The position numbers were made by a program, and so were the translations under genes. The notes beneath the pieces were generated by a model. It made no database searches. It was not told where the DNA came from and saw only the letters and a program-made list of their open reading frames with translations. From an uncultured Solirubrobacterales bacterium (GTDB taxonomy: Bacteria; Actinomycetota; Thermoleophilia; Solirubrobacterales; 70-9), in contig CAWIFA010000028.1 in NCBI GenBank assembly GCA_963835315.1, positions 5,197-69,196 of the forward strand: a stretch of DNA of 64,000 bases, given 5' to 3'. Below, in pieces: positions 61,149 to 64,000 of this stretch (its first letter is position 1; each line of letters starts with the position of its first letter).

Positions 61149-62674
61149 ATGGAGCGCAAATGGTGGACCCTCGTCCTCAGCTCGATCGCGACGTTCATGC
61201 TGCTGCTGGACATCACGGTCGTCAACGTCGCCCTGCCCGACATCCAGCGCGACCTCGGCGCGAGCCTCTCCAGCCTGCAGTGGGTCGTCGACGCCTACTC
61301 GCTGATGCTCGCCGCCTTCCTCTTGACCGCGGGCTCGCTCGGCGACCGGCTGGGCCGCCGCCGCGTCTTCTCGCTCGGCCTCGGCCTCTTCACCTTCGCC
61401 TCCTTCCTCTGCGGCATCGCCGGCGACCCGACCCTGCTCAACCTGGCGCGCGGGCTGCAGGGGATCGGCGGCGCGGCGATGTTCGCCACCTCGCTCGCCC
61501 TGCTCGGGCAGGAGTTCCACGGCCGCGACCGCGCGACCGCGTTCGGCGTCTGGGGGGCGACGGTCGGCGGCGCCGTCGCGATCGGCCCGCTGGTCGGCGG
61601 CCTGATCACCGAGCACCTCGGCTGGGAATGGATCTTCTTCGTCAACATCCCGATCGGGATCGCTCGCCGTCGCGCTGACCGAGCTGCGCCTCGCCAACGT
61701 CGCCGCCCAGGACCCGGAGCGGATCGACCTGCCGGGGCTGGCGACCTTCTCGGGCGGCCTCTTCCTGCTGATCTTCGGCCTGATCCGCGGCAACCCGGAG
61801 GGCTGGGGGAGCGCGACGATCGTCGCCTCGCTGGCCGGCTCGGCGGCGCTGCTGCTGGCCTTCCTCGCGGTCGAGGCGCGCAGCAGCCACCCGATGCTCG
61901 ACCTCGCGCTGTTCCGCAAACCGGCCTTCAACGGCGTCTCCGCGGTCGCCTTCGGCCTCTCGGCCGGGATGTTCGCGATGTTCCTCTACCTGACGATCTA
62001 CATGCAGGGCGTGCTCGACTTCTCGCCGCTGGAGACCGGCCTGCGCTTCCTGCCGCTGACCGTGCTCTCCTTCGTCGTCGCGCCGATCGCCGGCAAGCTC
62101 TCCCAGCGGGTGCCGATCCGGGTGCTGATGGGGATCGGGCTGGCGCTGGTCGGCGCCGGGCTGCTGTCGATGCACGGCCTCACCGCCGACTCCGACATCT
62201 CCGCGCTGCTGCCCGGCTTCCTCGTCGCCGGCGTCGGCATCGGCCTGACCAACCCCAGCATCGGGCAGGCGGCGATCGCCGTCGTGCCGCCGGCCAAAGC
62301 GGGCATGGGGTCGGGGATCAACACGACCTTCCGCCAGGTCGGGATCGCGACCGGCGTCGCCTCGCTCGGCGCCGTCTTCCAGTCCCAGGTCGACTCGAAG
62401 CTCTCGACCGTCCTGCCGGGCGCTCCTCCAGGCTTGGCCGAAGCCGTCGCCTCGGGCGGCTCCCGCGCCGCCGCGGGCGTCGCGCCCGCCCGGGCAGCGG
62501 GCCGAGATCGTCCACGCCGCCAACGTCGCCTTCGTCAGCGGCTTCAACGAGATCCTCCTGATCGGCGCGATCCTCTCCTTCATCGGCGCCGCCCTCGGCT
62601 TCGCCCTCGTCCGAGCCAGCGATTTCGTCCAAGCTTCCGCGAACGCCGAGGCAGTGGAGCCCGTCCCTGCGTAA
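61149..62674 (+). CDS. MFS drug:H+ antiporter (DHA2/EmrB-QacA type, 14 TM), two frameshifts near 61660 and 62490
   Basis: LLLDITVVNVALPDIQRDLGAS, LGDRLGRRRVF and GLQGIGGA. Continuation is in ORF 61894..62703, and the last ~60 aa are in a third frame ending with TAA at 62672. Confidence 0.75.
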
Positions 62675-62803
62675 GCGCTTCTCGGGCGGGTGGCGCGGAA
62701 TGAGGGGGTTTTCGGTCGAACAGACCGCTAAAACCCCCTCGTTTCGCGACAGGACCCGCCCGCCGAAACCCAATCGGTCCGCCCCCACTGCTACCAAGAG
62801 AGC

Positions 62804-64000
62804 GTGCTGCGCGAGCTCCGGATCGAGAACCTGCTGCTGATCGAGCGGGCAGAGCTGCGGCTGGGGGAGGGGCTGAACGCGATCACCGGCGAGACCGGCG
62901 CCGGCAAGACCGTGCTCGCCCACTCGCTCGACCTGCTGATGGGCGGAAAGGCGCGTCCGCAGATCGTCCGGCCGGGGGCCGAGGAGGCCTGGGTCGAGGG
63001 GGTCTTCGACCTGCCGCCGGGGCTGCTGGAGGAGCCGGAGATGGCGGAGCTCGCCGAACGCCTGCCGGGCGGAACGGAGGAGATCGTGCTGGGACGGCGG
63101 GTCTCGGCGGCCGGGCGCACCGCCGCCTTCCTCGCCGGCCGCGCCGCCGCGGCCGCCGACCTGAAGCTGCTCGGCGGCCGCCTGCTCGCCTTCTACGGCC
63201 AGCACGAGCACCGCAAGCTGACGATCTCGACCGCGCAGCTCGACGTGCTCGACGGCTTCGCCGGCGCCGACCACCTCGCCCTGCGCGAGCGCTACCGCGC
63301 CGCCCACCGCGAGTGCGCGCGGCTGGCCGCCGAGCTGGCCGAGCTGCGCGAGCGCGACGGCTCCCGCGAGCGCGACCTCGACCTGCATCGCTTCGAGCTC
63401 TCCGAGATCGAGCAGGTGGCGCCCGACCCGGCCGAGGAGGCGGAGCTCTCGTCGCAGCGCGAGCGCCTGCGGCACGCCGAGGGGCTGCGCGAGGCGGCGC
63501 TCGGCGCCCTGGCTGCGGCCGCCGGCGCCGACGAGGACGGCGGCGGCGCGGCGAGCGCCCTGGCCGCTGCCGAATCGCAGCTGCAGGGAGCCGGTGGGGT
63601 GGACGCCGAGCTCGACGGCCTCGGCGAGCGCCTCGCCGCTCTCGCGGTCGAGCTGGGCGACGTGGCGGGCGGGCTGCGCGCCTACCTCGACCGGGTCGAG
63701 GCCGACCCCGAGCAGCTCGCCGAGGTCGAGGAGCGGCTCGACGCGCTCGACCGCCTCTGCCGCAAGCACGGCGGCAGCGTCGATTCGGTGCTCGCCCACG
63801 CCGAGCGCTGCCGGGCCGAGATCGAGCGGCTCGAGGGGGCGGAGACGCGCGGCGCCGAGGCCGAGGCGGCGCTGGCGGAGGCCGAGGCGCGCCGCGAGAA
63901 GCTGGCTAAGCGCCTGAGCAAGGGACGGGCCGCCGCCGCGGGCCCGCTGGAGAAGCGCGTCGCGAGCGAGCTCGACGGCCTGGCGATGCCGGGCGCGACG
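62804..64000 (+). CDS. recN: DNA repair protein RecN (5' part; continues beyond the window)
   Basis: My translation from the GTG at 62804 reads VLRELRIENLLLIERAELRLGEGLNAITGETGAGKTVLAHSLDLLMGGKA... followed by a long coiled-coil. It is absent from the ORF track because there is no stop in the window. Confidence 0.85.
   Translation, partial: MLRELRIENLLLIERAELRLGEGLNAITGETGAGKTVLAHSLDLLMGGKARPQIVRPGAEEAWVEGVFDLPPGLLEEPEMAELAERLPGGTEEIVLGRRVSAAGRTAAFLAGRAAAAADLKLLGGRLLAFYGQHEHRKLTISTAQLDVLDGFAGADHLALRERYRAAHRECARLAAELAELRERDGSRERDLDLHRFELSEIEQVAPDPAEEAELSSQRERLRHAEGLREAALGALAAAAGADEDGGGAASALAAAESQLQGAGGVDAELDGLGERLAALAVELGDVAGGLRAYLDRVEADPEQLAEVEERLDALDRLCRKHGGSVDSVLAHAERCRAEIERLEGAETRGAEAEAALAEAEARREKLAKRLSKGRAAAAGPLEKRVASELDGLAMPGAT

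Noticed and set aside
62318-63799. 493-aa minus ORF
   Set aside because: It is antisense to recN and the MFS gene tail.

Overview
High-G+C, Actinomycetota-like chromosomal segment. The lamin-tail-domain and Arg-rich secreted proteins suggest a Thermoleophilia/Solirubrobacterales-type genome, but that is inference only. The backbone is housekeeping: an ABC exporter, gtrA, leuS and thrC; two tandem LTD surface proteins; a cupredoxin-ECF sigma-anti-sigma-lipoprotein cluster; two TetR units; hisS-aspS; (IscU-like)mnmA-alaS-ruvX-mltG-aroE-aroC-aroK/aroB-aroQ-pepP; a GGDEF protein; efp-nusB-ispA-dxs; then tlyA-nadK-MFS-recN. Two related tyrosine-recombinase integrative elements interrupt this backbone. 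Island 1 (15369..22790, 7.4 kb) is bounded by a 46-bp duplication of the 3' half of tRNA-Met(CAU). It carries an intact integrase translationally coupled to a HigB/HigA-like pair and a PD-(D/E)xK (NucS/DUF91-like) nuclease fusion, which is my best candidate for an undescribed defence module. It also carries an excisionase, a relaxase C-terminal remnant, an HNH protein and a GH64-like glucanase. Island 2 (50018..59143, 9.1 kb) is bounded by 84-bp direct repeats (82/84 identical) that contain a terminator-like hairpin rather than a tRNA. It carries a MobF/TrwC-type relaxase and an integrase, both broken by many frameshifts, plus small toxin-like and HTH genes. With about 2 kb of half-site remnants (grx-like gene, orphan HigA-like gene, VapBC), island 2 forms an 11.5-kb accretion that splits the otherwise conserved dxs / tlyA-nadK-recN neighbourhood. 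Both islands have the same end geometry, with tandem 12-mers just inside each core repeat. Caveat: from about 23 kb onward many essential genes (aspS, alaS, aroE, aroC, nadK) also carry frameshifts. The assembly therefore probably contains indel errors, and pseudogene calls are provisional. All family names come from by-eye motif recognition; no searches were run.
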